This document shows positions 10,572 through 23,459 of a stretch of DNA of 48,204 bases, piece by piece. Source of the DNA: Rotaria socialis. Taxonomy: Eukaryota. Made by a program: the position numbers and the translations under genes. Location of the stretch: the NCBI GenBank assembly GCA_905331295.1, contig CAJNYD010000029.1, positions 1 through 48,204 of the forward strand. The letters run 5' to 3'. The notes below the pieces were generated by a model. The model had not been told where the DNA came from. It was given only the letters and a program-made list of their open reading frames with translations, and ran no database searches. The first letter of the stretch is position 1; each line of letters opens with the position of its first letter.

Positions 10572-11864
10572 TCATATTTGAATGTAGCTTTTGCGATATT
10601 TAAGAAAGAGAATGTACAGGAATTAACATGAGCAAAACTCTATTAACCGTGTTTTGAGAAGTCTTTCCCTCATTACGCAAGAAAAAAACACAATATGGCC
10701 ATTTATAATAGAAATATGAATCGACAAGGTGCATCACAGACATCGTCATAATAGTTGAGAAGGACCGCATAAACATTAATACTATTCAACGATAGCTCTT
10801 TTAGGAAGTTACTTTTCATTTTGAAATCATTCCACATATTATTATCCGATTAATTCTAATAAAAAGTGCACTTTTTATTAATTTTTTTTCAAGTTACAGA
10901 ATACCGGTCAATACTTTTTATTGTAACTCTTGATAAGTGAAATTCAAATGTTGCTCCGCAGCAAATAAATACAAATAAATGAGATTGAATCCCTATTCTT
11001 ATGCAATAACTGTAGATTTTTATTTTAATCTGATTAGTTTTCAAATATTCTTCCGAAAAGGGCTTTTCAAAATGATAAAACACATCGAAAGCAAAGAACG
11101 ATCATCATTCATTCTATGAATACACTAACTTTAATTCACTTTAATTTCAACTTTAATTAAAGTTAAAGTTTGAAAGTGAACTACTTTAACTTTAACGTTT
11201 AAAGTTTAAAGTGTTACTTTAACTTTAACATTTAAAGTAAAGTTAAAGTGCCACCCCTTGTCCGTAGGCGATAATTATATTTATAGTTGTTGGTGATTCT
11301 TTTCTTTTTTTTCAACATGAACTACCAGAATCAACCAACTGTGACTGTTTATTATTTGACAGCTTGGTTTTCGTGTATTAACAACCTGTAGTATTTTGCA
11401 CGATATGTGCTAGTCGAATATATCCTGAAATTGTATAAATACAACTACTAATTTCAACTTTTGCTTTTTAGCAAACAATGAAGTCGAAATAAATTTTATA
11501 ATATATTTCAAACAATTGAGCATGAGTATAGTTACTACAATAACATTGATATTTCAAAGTTGCTGACTAGATCTTATTAAATGGCAATAGATATAAGTTC
11601 GAATGATTCAAGTGTAGAAGAATCGAATAAAAATATTATACTATATCTACTGCAAGAATAGAAAGTATTATTTCAATAAAATAGAGGATAAGGTATGAAA
11701 TCCAAAACATTGTTTGATTCGATTTTCGACATTTCTGAACAGTCTCATCAGATAGCTTTGACTGGCGATCCATTTAAAATAATCTAAATTATCATAAGTA
11801 AAATACCTAATATATACTCCACTAAATAATTTTAAAAGGAGATTCCTTGAAAGACTGTGTTAAA

Positions 11865-12080
11865 CTGACTGCTAAATTTAATGATGTCTGATCTATTGAG
11901 AGCAAATGAAGGATTCTAAAGGAAAAGTACAAGACGAACAATTTTCAAGTTCTGAACAGCTAAACATGAGATTGGATAAAGAATGGAAAAAGATAATTTA
12001 TAATGGTTATAAAAAATTGATTGATAAAATCCTTAGCAGACTCGACAACGTGATTAAAAACAGTAGAGAATATATACATG
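11865..12080 (+). mobile_element. Decayed Tc1/mariner transposase C-terminal fragment
   Basis: EQLNMRLDKEWKKI...KKLIDKILSRLDNVIKNSREYIH resembles the Tc1 terminal pattern L..EW..I....LI.SM..RL..VI...G. A stop-riddled SPDLNPIEN-like segment precedes it. Confidence 0.5.
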
Positions 12081-12970
12081 ACACACAAACCATGTATTTC
12101 TCTAATAGAATTAATGTTCTTTTGTTTTAATAAAAAAAAATCATGATAGCCGATTTGAAAAAATTTATCATAACATTGCCATGGTTATACTTCTGCTATT
12201 ACAAGAGCCGATATATTATCAAAATGCGTCATTTGAAAATCTGTCACGAGTACTCACATTTTATATAGAAACATTTGATTTAAGAACGTTATTGGTTCGC
12301 ATGAAAGTTAAATTTTACTGCACCTCAAAACTTATGAAACACTCCGTATAAGAAATCGTCTAAACCAGTTCAGTAGATAAAAAATTATATTGAGATACAG
12401 CTCTAATCTTAGTCATACAATCAAATAAGGCATATGTGCTGTGCCCCTGTAATCGAGTTTTTGTCATCGAAAAAGCAATCATAATCTGATATATTTCTAT
12501 TGCCTCTATGTTGGAAACAAGAGCATCTGCCATTGAGATACTTAAGAAAAAATGAGTCAAATAACACATTTCGACAGGTTTTTTCTCTCAAAAATAATAT
12601 TTTCACGAGGCTTAAAGTGCCTCTGTCCCAACAATGTTTTCTCATATAGTATGTTGTAGGAGTATGAAAAATTGTTATTTTTTTTTCGTAGAAGACCCTC
12701 AGTTTCGTTTACCCATATTGATTGATTAATGATATTTATATGACTTAATGTCCATTCATCAGTTAACGAGTCGCCTACGATTCGTTAGATTTATCGGCAG
12801 CTATATATTAACAAGCGCATAAAAACGCGAATCATAGTCGACGTAGTAACAAAGGAAAAGTTGGTTCTGTGACAATAGAATCATAAAAAATCTTTAGAAT
12901 CATAGAATCTGCTGTTTTCCCTTGCATTTCGAAGTCTTTTTCTATTTAGTATTAATTGTGGTAAATCGAT

Positions 12971-13143
12971 ATGATCAACGTATATCCTAACATTACAAAC
13001 ACTGCTCAGTCACCACCTGTCATCGTACAGCCATATCCAGTGACTTCTTCACCGACTATTATAGTGCAAAAGGAAGATCCTGACGTTCAACACGGATGCC
13101 ATTTTGTACTCTGTCTCATATCAGGTGGCTTATGGATACCATG
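12971..13143 (+). CDS. 5' part of a small Pro-rich, Cys-tailed membrane protein, cut at an N
   Basis: MINVYPN...PPVIVQPYPV...HGCHFVLCLISGGLWIP ends at the N at 13144. The last 66 nt match 47732-47797 with 5 mismatches. Confidence 0.7.
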
Positions 13144-13144
13144 N

Positions 13145-13276
13145 CGGAGAAAGCAGACCTTACTTTTTCAAAAAGCTACTTAGAAAAGGAAATTACGGTC
13201 CGTATTATAAACATATCAGGAGGATGTGGATGTGGGTCTAGATACACTCTTTATTCACACCCACACCCACACCCTA
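13145..13276 (+). repeat. 75-bp duplicate of the kinase exon 2/intron junction, ending in a telomere-like pair
   Basis: 13145-13219 matches 13920-13994, then ggatgtggatgtgggt-ctagatacactctttatt-cacacccacacccacaccctaa. Confidence 0.85.
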
Positions 13277-13764
13277 ATATTTTGAGAAACTGTTTGCAAT
13301 GCGATAATAGTGAACTCACAAAAACTTCAATCGTAAACTAAATGAAATGATAGTGTACATTAACATTTTCGATCATCGCCGGTCGTTTATAACTAATGTA
13401 ATTATATTGTCCTGAGGCCCATTTCAATTGACGATAATTTACCTTCGATATGTGTTGTAATATTCTATTCAAGTTCATTCGTAATGAAAAAATATCAGAT
13501 GACGTCGGTGTCCTTCTCTTTACTGATGTCATGATTCTTATTTTTACGTATGCTTTTCGAGGGGGTGAATGAATTTTATGATACTCTACTGTTGTCTCTT
13601 CTTTTCCATCGCTCGTCTAAAAAGACCGTCTGTTGTACATTCAGTAAAACAGTCAAATCAGGCAATCATCATTATCTCATAGGGCATTGCAATCAGCGCA
13701 ATTGTTTTTAATCATCATTCTAATTGACTTTGTGGATTTTGAAAAGTTTGTTAAACAAGTCGAA

Positions 13765-15242
13765 ATGTTTCAATGGTTATACAAAAGTAGGTAATGGTTG
13801 CTAATAATAAAAGGAACGCGATTGCTATTTTATAATGTAGAAACAAAGGACCTGCTACGTCATCATACAACTGTCTTTAATCTAACCAATCAGCAAATTA
13901 TGATTGACGAAATTTATAGCGGAGAAAGCAGACCTTACTTTTTCAAAAAGCTACTTAGAAAAGGAAATTACGGTCCGTATTATAAACATATCAGAATGAC
14001 ATAGAAATTGAAATAAAATAATCGATATCTTTTCTAAACTCAGGTGCTGTTTATGAAGCAATCGATCCTGATGGTCATCGTGTTGCTGTGAAAGTAATTG
14101 ATTTATATGACGATTCCACATTTGCAACATTGAGCGACGACTACCAGTTTGAAGACTACATGAATCAAATCGAGAGTTTGTACCATTTGACGGCTAGTAA
14201 AAATGAAAAGCATGTTATTCAAGTATATGAATTGGGTGTTGATAGTCAAGAGGAATATGCAGGTTGTGGTAAGCGAAACGACTCATGTGTTAACCCTTTC
14301 CGGCCCGGTGTTGCCATATGGCAACATTTTCCCCTAGGGGGGTACGGCAATTTTCAAACAGCGGGCCGGAAAGGGTTAAGCTTGTTTTTGTAGAAAAGTA
14401 GACTATGCATATTGCATATCACGACTTTCAAAGAGTGTCATAATCGCTCTGAATATTACCTCTATGCTGTATTATTTCAGTTTATATAATCATGGAGTTG
14501 GGCCAAGAAAGTTTGGATCGATTAATCGAAGATTTACATCAACAATATGTAAAAATACAAGGTGTTAATCGCTCCAATGAATATATTCCTCCACATTATC
14601 GACGATTGATATGGAAGCAATTGGTACAAATTGTTTCGGTTTTGCAACGTTATAATATAGCACATATGGATTTGAAACCACAAAATATTGTGCGTGTTGA
14701 TAATATTTTGAAAGTTTGCAATTTTGGTTTATCAAAGTATGAATTTGAGTAAGACAGAACAACAAACTTAGAGATGGCTAATCATCATATATACGTTTTT
14801 TCTTGTATTATTTTAGCAATGAATATGATGAAACGCCAAATTTTAGGTAATCAAATTAGACTAAAAGGTTTCTGCATCACTTGTCCTCTTAGAATAACTC
14901 TTGTATTTCCTTATAAGATTTCGTTAATTCGCACTTCTTCAGGCACATTCAAAAAAAAGAGTAAACTTCATTTCTAGTGCACCAGAAGTTTTGATATTAC
15001 AAGGACCACAATATCAACCACAAGCTGATATATGGTCCATTGGCGCTATGTTGTATTACATGACATATGGTAAACAACCAAATTGGAATCCAGAAAATCG
15101 TGCGTGGGAACCACCCTACGGACATGCTCCTGTACAAGATCCATTAGTACGAGATTTACTAAGGAAGACATTGCAATACTACCCGGAAGATCGTCCGGCT
15201 TTAGAAGTATTAAAACACCATCCATACACGGCAAGGCCTTAG
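13765..15242 (+). CDS. Six-exon TTK/Mps1-like protein kinase with degenerate catalytic motifs
   Basis: Exons 13765-13786, 13841-13972, 14044-14268, 14481-14748, 14817-14846 and 14978-15242 splice in frame. Motifs: LRKGNYGAVY, VAVKVI, HMDLKPQN, CNFG (for DFG), ETPNFSAPE, DIWSIGAMLYYMTYGK. Confidence 0.8.
14294..14375. mobile_element. 82-bp piggyBac-type MITE in kinase intron 3
   Basis: TTAA on both sides (14290-14293, 14376-14379), perfect 14-bp TIR CCCTTTCCGGCCCG, internal palindrome tgttgccatatggcaaca. Confidence 0.9.
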
Positions 15243-15734
15243 TTTGCTGGTATTTTTGACAGCTACGATCTTGACCTTCATATTCGATTATATATTGAAC
15301 TATGTCGCGAACTCATTTATTGCTTGTATGACATTAAACCTTAGATTTAGAGTTTTGAATAAATATAGGAATATATCATTTTCAACTTGATATGTTTCAA
15401 TGCACTGTTAATATGAATAGTTCATGTGAAAACCATTTCAAATGAAAGCAAGAGTGACTTGTAGTTATTTTTCTATCAAAATGAGTCATTTTTTCTGAAA
15501 GCATGAAATATGAAATACACTCTTAAAAAAAACTTATCACCGCAGCCCCTCTGGGGCCAAAATGCGGAACTCACATATATTTTTCGAAGAAAATGGCAAG
15601 TGTAAGTTTTAAGGTGAGATTTTTCAATCCTCCGCCACCCTCGCCCATTACAGACATGAGAAAATAGGAAATTTCCTAGTTGTAGATTTTACGGAAAATA
15701 GATAAATTTCGATGAAAAATTTTTCATTGAACAT

Positions 15735-17681
15735 TCATAATATTTTTGTATGAGAAAAATATTCTTTTACATATTTAGGAATTCGACATTTTCCTATTAG
15801 ACCTAAGCTACGCAGTTTTTTACAATTATTTCGTATTGTATTGTTTGTAAAATGTTGTGTCACACGTTTTAGTACTTGATAATCAACAGAAAGATATAGA
15901 TTATTTGGTGAACAGGCTTTCGTATCAACAAGAAATTCTTCGATATAATCATCATGAGCTTCAGTAAGATTAAGTTGAGAAAGATGTGGATATTCAGCGA
16001 TTGACAAATGCTCATTTTTATCATCTAATTTTCCATATTGCTTATCATTTTGTGGTTTTTCATTAATTAAAGTTAATTTTTTCATGCATGGAATTGATTT
16101 CGAAATTTGAAAAAAAATAATGTTCAAAAGGTTGTTCATCAAACAGCGATATTTCACGAACATTGTTAGATATTCCACCTGGAAAACTATTTGTTATTTG
16201 ATGATACTCTTTCCATTCGTATGGATATGAATAAATATGACATTGACTTTGCTTTATCTCGGAAAAATAATCAACACAAGAAATAATTTGGTTATTTGGA
16301 AAGTCATTAAATGTATATTGAATATCTTCATTAGACAGTAAATTGATTTGATTATCAAGACGAACAGTTGAGCGAATATTAAATTTAAATTTATTTAATT
16401 TCGGCATATGATTGATAATATTCTTTTTTAAATTATTGCCATCGATTAATGCGTTCTTGCAACAAATGGCAAGATATAAATCAAGCTTTTCTAAATTGAA
16501 CATTCGATGTAACAACGGTACAATTAGTTCATCATAAGCAAGTGTATCTGTGCTAGAATGTAATGAAAAGCATTTTAAATCAGGTAAATTTCCCTAAAAA
16601 AAAATAACATATAGAACTTCATTTGAATAAATTCGATTTTGATGAAAAGCAATCTACCATATTATTGCTTCTTAAACGTGAAGAACAAGGAATCCAAGAA
16701 ATGTTAACATAAAATGCTCGAAGTTGATCAAAACGCCCATCAAGTAGATAAAGACAGTCGCCAAAGCTTGCTACACTGACATGCAGTTCTAGGAGTGTTG
16801 ACGAAATGAAGATTGGAGATAAAATCTCAAATGATATGTATTGAGGATCAATTGAAGATGAATTGAAGTTTAAATACTGTAGATTGGTGAACATAGTAAA
16901 GAGATTTGTAAACATAATTGTATTCTCATCTGTTGCTGAAGTTTGCTTTCTATTTTTTCTAATACAGATAATAAGTGATAGAATTTGATTTTTCATTAAA
17001 TCAGTAAAAATATTTCCATCTAAACATAAATATAAATTTTTTTCGAAACAAATTAATCATGTTTACATGTTGTTCGGATAGATCATGTTTCTCATATAAA
17101 CATTTATACTAATTTTCATGTAACATTTTTTGATGAAAATTTTCTTTTTACTCATAATTTACGTTGGAAGTTACATTTCGAGATAAAACTAATTTCTTAT
17201 CGATAGGATATCCAATGATTTACTTTATTCCATTAAGCGAATGATGAAATGAACATTACGCATTTTTGCTATTCTTCTCATTTCTTGAAAAAAGTATATT
17301 ACTAGCGAATAAATGTGTCGTGGTTTCCATTTCAAGATTATATAAACCGAGTCCATGTAAATTTGGATAATTTTCAGAAAGAATTCGTTCCATAGAAGAT
17401 GATTCAATGTTTAGCCATTGGATTTTATAATGAATTTCAGGTAAAATTTGTGAGTAAAATCGATGAAGTATTCTCTCGGATAACGGTGAGATAGAATCAT
17501 TGGCGAGTCTCTTCATCAATGTTAAATGACTTGTAAAAATTGAATCATGTACGAGTGTATTGAGCCGTTTATTGACACTTATTAAAGAATACAGTACTTC
17601 ATAACTGTCTAATTTTTTCAAAATAATCATAAGAACTTCATCTGGTAAATCATCTAATTGAACGAGTGAATGTATCATCAT
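15735..17681 (-). pseudogene. Three-exon F-box/LRR-like gene with a frameshift in exon 3
   Basis: F-box motif LDDLPDEVLMIILKKL. Exons 17681-17303, 17019-16658 and 16593-15735. The frame changes at the A-run near 16110-16117. It is paralogous throughout to 23460-25385. The frameshift could be an assembly error. Confidence 0.82.
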
Positions 17682-18675
17682 TATTTTCTCGTCTCATATA
17701 TTCATTGATAACGTTAAAATGTGATCATTTATACATAGACATTTACGTCACCTGTATGACCTTAATCGTCAATGAGAACAATGGTGCATTCTTTTTTTTC
17801 TATAACCTAACTTGACTATGAATAAGTGGGGTTGGTGAAAGTTGAGCACGAGGAAAGTGAAGCACGAAACAACAAAATTAACTCATACACGGAGAATATA
17901 AAATCGAAAGTGAACTTGAACAATCGTGAGACCAAACGCTAAGTGGGGACAGTAAATATGTTTAACTTTTTTCTAATTAATAACGCTTAACGAATAGGCA
18001 ATAGAGGATTAATCCTACTATCGAAAAATGACAGAGCGCTCGTTCTCGGATATACTGTACTTTTTAATGTAGCAATTATTTCCAATAATGGTCCAACGAA
18101 GTCTTCACGCATGTAATACTATAAATAATATTATTAAGCCGACAACGCAGTACACATCCTCTTTCAGTCTTATCATATTGAAGCTTTAAAACTTCGACTA
18201 GGTAATCTTAAATAAGGACAAATAATACATAAGCTATTAATTATCCAACTGAATCAATGTTGTAATGTATTCATCGAACATTATGGGTATTTCGAAAAGA
18301 ATTAATCGATGGAAATACCACTCATCTGAATGTAATACTAATAAAAGTTGGGTAAACGCGGAATTACCAAAACAAACCTTATAAAAAATTATTAAATCTC
18401 ATCTTTCATCGTGCTCAACTTTCCGGTTCCCAAAATAAAATGATTACCCAGGGCGATAAATTCCGGTTCCGGATTCTGTCGAAAGTTATCAGAATCTCTT
18501 GTGGCGGGATCCGACCATTGGAATTGGCGGATTCGTCTGTCGGAAAATGCCGGAAAGTATATTGATTCGGTAGGATTCTATCAGTAAACGAGATATTACC
18601 GGCAGATCGATACTTTTCTGACAAGCTTTTCTTGTTCATTACGTCATGTATATATATATGGGCGTGAGCAGTCGA

Positions 18676-18983
18676 CATGGAACTCCAATTCGACTTCTTT
18701 CTATTATCAGTTAATAATTTAACCATATTCAGACCAAATTATTACCCTCATCGCTAACCTACTACATTTAAAATATCAGTTGTTGATGCCGGACTTATAA
18801 GAAATAGTTCAGTTCCTTCAAAACAATAGGACATGCTTTTAGAGATTGAATAATTTTCTTTTAAGTCCGACATCAACAGCTGATATTTTAAATGTAGTAG
18901 GTTAGCGATGTAGGTGATAATTTGGTCTGAATATGGTTAAGTTATTAACTGATAATAGAAAGAAGCCAAATTGGGATCTCATG
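18676..18983. repeat. Long imperfect palindrome, probably a foldback MITE
   Basis: Arms of ~125 bp (18676-18804 and 18855-18983), e.g. ctattatcagttaataa...catattcagaccaaatt versus aatttggtctgaatatg...ttattaactgataatag. It may be nested in an older element running from cccagggcga (~18447) to tcgccctaag (~19533). Confidence 0.85.
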
Positions 18984-20274
18984 TAGGCCGCTTAAGCCCA
19001 TATATGTCTGAACTCATACACACATCTCAAGTTGAATCACTAGCCCAACTCCTTTTACTATTGCTGCATCCATCTATGATGTTTTATTTGGATAGAAGTT
19101 TTTACCAGTTATCGTATTTCTGGAATACGATAAATGGTGGACATCATATCTATATGATATGTCATAGACAAAGCAGCATATTCATTTAATTCAGATCAAC
19201 AAACAGACTGATTTGCACCGCTCAAACCATCACTAAAAACAAAAAGATGATTTTTCTTTTGTTAAAACATTGCTTACCTTCCCTGTTATATTGCAGATAT
19301 ATCTTTAAAAAAGGAATTCTTTTTCAAAACAAAATATCTATTGTTGGTTTCCGATATTGAATTGGACTAAAATAATGAAAAAAATTGTATAAAACGTTGA
19401 TTACAGTGGTGAACTAGGCCAAGTTAAGAAATATGGAGGTAATCTTATCGGATAGCGACGGATTCTATTGTCAGAATTTCGTCGGATTACTTGTGGAACC
19501 AACAAGATCCAGTTGGAGTACTCTCGCCCTAAGATATGTTGATAAGATATTCGACATGTGCTACTGGGTGATGATAAAATCTACGACCTATAGAAGGTAT
19601 GTACATTTAAATACATGGATTCCTTCAATTATTTGTTACTCAGTGTTAGTTAATCCTAACCTTTCCATTATACATAGAGTTTGACAGCGAATGTGTTTTT
19701 TTCTTCTTATTTACCAATGTAAAACTGGTCCATGCGTTCTTTTCATTCACGGAGCGTCATATCATAAGTCTCTATTATTTCTCTCTCGTTTTTTTCTCTT
19801 TCACTTCTCTCTTAGTTATCTGTATATCTTGCTTCAAACTCCGAGAAAAAGACAATCGCAAAAAGGAACACAAAAATCCTGTTTGAAGAGACTATTCTTT
19901 CCTTACAAATCGAGATTCGAGCTATACCACAAGAGTATGGCATGTTTCTCCAGTCGAGCATCTCTGCCATCGGTGTTCGACATAGGTCAATTGTTTATGA
20001 TCCGACTCGAGCCAGACATTGTTTCTTTAAAGAATAATGTCGGTTAATGATCTCACCTTTCCTAACGCGCTCGTTCTATATCAAATTTAATTTCTGCAGA
20101 TTGAGCCGTCTTTTTTTCAACTTCATAATCTGTTGCATCTAATGATATGGATTTTAATCGATAGTCTCTTTTCGTTTCATCAAGTAAAAGAAATGTATAT
20201 AGAACAGAAAAAAAAATTTTCTCTCTCACTCAAATAATTATTCGAACTAACTTTCATTCGTTTTATAGCAGTTA

Positions 20275-22430
20275 AATAATGAACAAGATCGCGTATTCCC
20301 AAAAATAGATTTTGATAATACGCATCGATTTAATAACTTCCGACATAATTTTAATACGCTCATCTGTGACTTGTAAAACTTTCATTCTACAAAAATCAAT
20401 CATTTTAAAGTCTATGTCACACGAGAAATCTTTTTTTTCACCGAAAGTAAAATTAGTACAGTTACAATGGTACAACCAATAGCAATTAATGAAATATATT
20501 TTAATAAAATGCTAGAATAAAATAATCATTGCTATTATATCAAATGGTGTAACCTTTTCCGATAAGAAATATATGCAAAGACAAAGATTTTGTTTTGATA
20601 CACATTACCCATATATGATTAAAAGAAGCAAAAGACATTTCAATTTGACTAGGATCATTTGAAAATACATCAGTGATTTGACCCGAAGTAAATGCATTTA
20701 GAGAACTAGTTGATAAACGAAGAACTTAAATAGATGGTCTTGTCATTAATGTAATCAAACGTGGAGTCTTACTTTACGATAGATTAAACCATAATAAGCA
20801 ACCCGCATTTTCATTGCGAATAGTTCAATTAAATAATAAAACTAATAAAATTTACTTTCAGGTACAAAGAAGTGTAATTGAACTTGTTCGTTCCAGATTC
20901 TTATTTTCCTTCATGGATTAGTCAAGATTCTTTAGTTCCGGCATATAGATACCGAATCCATATTATATCTACAAGAATTCTTCAATATTGTAAGCTTTTT
21001 TAACTTATTTAGTCAACGAAATCAGTACTTTTGCGATCACTTTTCTTGAAATAAGTTCTAATTCATATGACTTTCAAAATAATTCAATTAAAATCATAGA
21101 AGATTTTACTATATCACTTGGGCTTCGGTTGGGATGCTCTTCTCAAGACCTTAGCCAGGTCAGGATTGAAATTGCAACCGACCAATCGAGCATATTTCAA
21201 AAATTGTGATGTGCAAAAACATCATTTGGACTATCTCTTTTGCTCTCGCACATCTCAATTACCGACTGGTTAGTGAGTTGTACTGTCGGTGATTGATTCT
21301 TAGACATTTTCAGAAATACTGAGTGCCAACGAAACATTAGTCTCAGAAAGGAAATGGACTTTAATAAGTGCTAAATATTCTTTATATAAATGGATAACGT
21401 CTGCCATTTATTTATTTTAATGGAAGCACCATTCTTCTAATGTAAATTAATGTTCGATATGAGCAATTTTTCATGATCAGCCCAAAATCTTTAGTCAATC
21501 AAAATGGCCCTTGGCAGATATTAATAATCACCTCAATCGATCTATATAAATTCTCTCAATATTCGAAATAAAGAAACTATAATCTCAGCTAAAATTGCTG
21601 TTTTTCTTATGCGAAGTTCGGAACTTACCGATTGTTTTGTGAACCAATCCAATCTTACTCAGACTCCAATGAAAATATTCTGCTTTTGATCTTTGTGTAT
21701 CTCATAAAGTCAAATTCTTGTTTTACAATAACAATAAAACTAAAATAAGTGAAATATATTTCTTGACGCATACTACAGATTATATCTTAATTATAGGAGT
21801 CAGTCAGTATGTAAGAATCTTGTCTACTCATACAGTCACAAACATTTTTTTTCTTTTAAACAAGAACCTTATGCTGAAGTATATAATATTTTAAGAAAAA
21901 CAAGAATTCGGAAAGAACAAGTTCACAAAGGTCGATGAATAATAGAACATTTCACTCACTGTATGATGGCAAATACTAGCACATAAGTAAGTAGATATAC
22001 TAATTCAACAGACATTTTGGAACACGGTTCGAAGAAATCCATTAAATATATAATTAAACATGTTATTATTCATGAAAACAATTTGATTCTCGAAGCTATT
22101 CTACAGACTTTACAAAATAATTTTCGACATCGTCCGAACATCGTATGAATTGTCGCACGAAGAAGACTTGCTCTGTTCGGATGTCGTTTGATTCCATTGA
22201 GCCAATAATCTTCTAATTTTTCAATGAGTTTTTTTGGCTCATGTTGAGGAAGTATACCATAAAGATCATTTAAATAAAGCGTTCCTTGTTTATGACAAAG
22301 ATGAATTAATTCTGTTATCCAACTAGAGAAAAAAAATATTATTCAAATGAAATGAAATTTCAATGAAACGATTTACCTATGACAAAATCGTGGCCATTTA
22401 TTGGCAGATAAAAATCGATTCGGATTATGT
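20275..22430 (-). pseudogene. Decayed N-terminal part of an ABCC4/MRP4-like ABC transporter
   Basis: Ordered fragments NPNRFLSAN, WITELIHLCHKQGTLYLNDLYGIL...KLEDYW...SLLRA, IYLMDFFEPC, AMKMRVAYYGLIYRK, VLRLSTSSL..GQI..SND and TDERIKIMSEVIKSMRIIKIYFWE, with stops and frameshifts. No nucleotide-binding domain was seen. Confidence 0.8.
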
Positions 22431-22572
22431 TGTTGTTGTGTGGTCATCTAAAACTATCGACAATAATCACAGGAACTAGCCTCGAATGAGTATAGATGGT
22501 TTTCATTCCAGAATTAGAACGGAAATAGTTTCTCGATTGATCGACATTGTTGCCAATAGATGGCAAAAAGGA

Positions 22573-22612
22573 TGGGTGGGTATTTTTTCATCAGTAACCA
22601 CACACACCCTCA
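22573..22612. repeat. Short degenerate telomere-like pair
   Basis: tgggtgggt ... accacacacaccctca, upstream of the ABCC4-like relic. Confidence 0.55.
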
Positions 22613-23459
22613 AAATCTATTGGGACCTGTGAATTTGATTGATACAAGATCCGCATCTTTCACCAACACAGAGAACATCCAAAGATTAATAAATGAAAAT
22701 TTGCGTTAAGATGAGATTTTATCATTGTGAAAAGAGAAATAACCTGTTTTAATTCCATTATATTCGTGTTATAAGCCGCTACATCGTTGACAAATACAAT
22801 AGATGAGTAAGGTGACTTCTTCCTTACGTTGTAGACATTCTCTCTTAGGATCATAGTTCGATTTAGAGAATTAATTGAAAAAAAAAGTCTTCGTGAAGTT
22901 TCGTTTTCTCAAGAAAAATCGGCTGTTTAATTGTATCACAGGAGAAAAATATCGGCTTCTCGCTTTCGAAAGATTTCAGATAACTTGCGAAGACTTCAAC
23001 AGACTTCTGGGATTTTAAAAGATTCAAATACACGTGACAAAACTACAAAATAATTATTAATATTACAGAAAAAACAATAATTCAAATAAATATCTTAAAT
23101 AGAAAAGAAATGTTTTGAAAGGTTTTCACTTTCACCCTTGAGAGAACCAACACAATCATAGCAATTAGAAAAATATGCTCACTATTCCTAAATCGTGATT
23201 CTTTCTTTTTGCATTTCTTTTAAATTAAATTAAATATTTTAGTCGGAGTTTCTTCGTTTTTTTTAAATGGTGCTAAATTGAAAAAAGAAACCACCATTTC
23301 ATTAGAAAAGACTGGATCAATGCTCTTCTTTTTTCATATCACGTTTGTTTTGAACAAAAATAAATAAAGCGCCGTCTTTAGATTCATTTGCTCACTTATC
23401 GTCAACTTGGATTATAGAAAAATGAACCTTTGTTTTCATGGACGACATCAATCAATTAG

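Noticed and set aside
11125..11260. aactttaa/ttaaagtt mirrored repeats
   Set aside because: Probably a MITE end, but no matching second terminus or TSD could be found.
11710..11757. CTGATGA-GAC...GTC-GAAA on the minus strand
   Set aside because: The core boxes are present, but stem I does not pair next to the core and no second copy was seen. It is probably chance, though worth a motif search.
19690..20180. Possible minus-strand exon relics
   Set aside because: There are splice-like signals, but also stops and no recognisable family.
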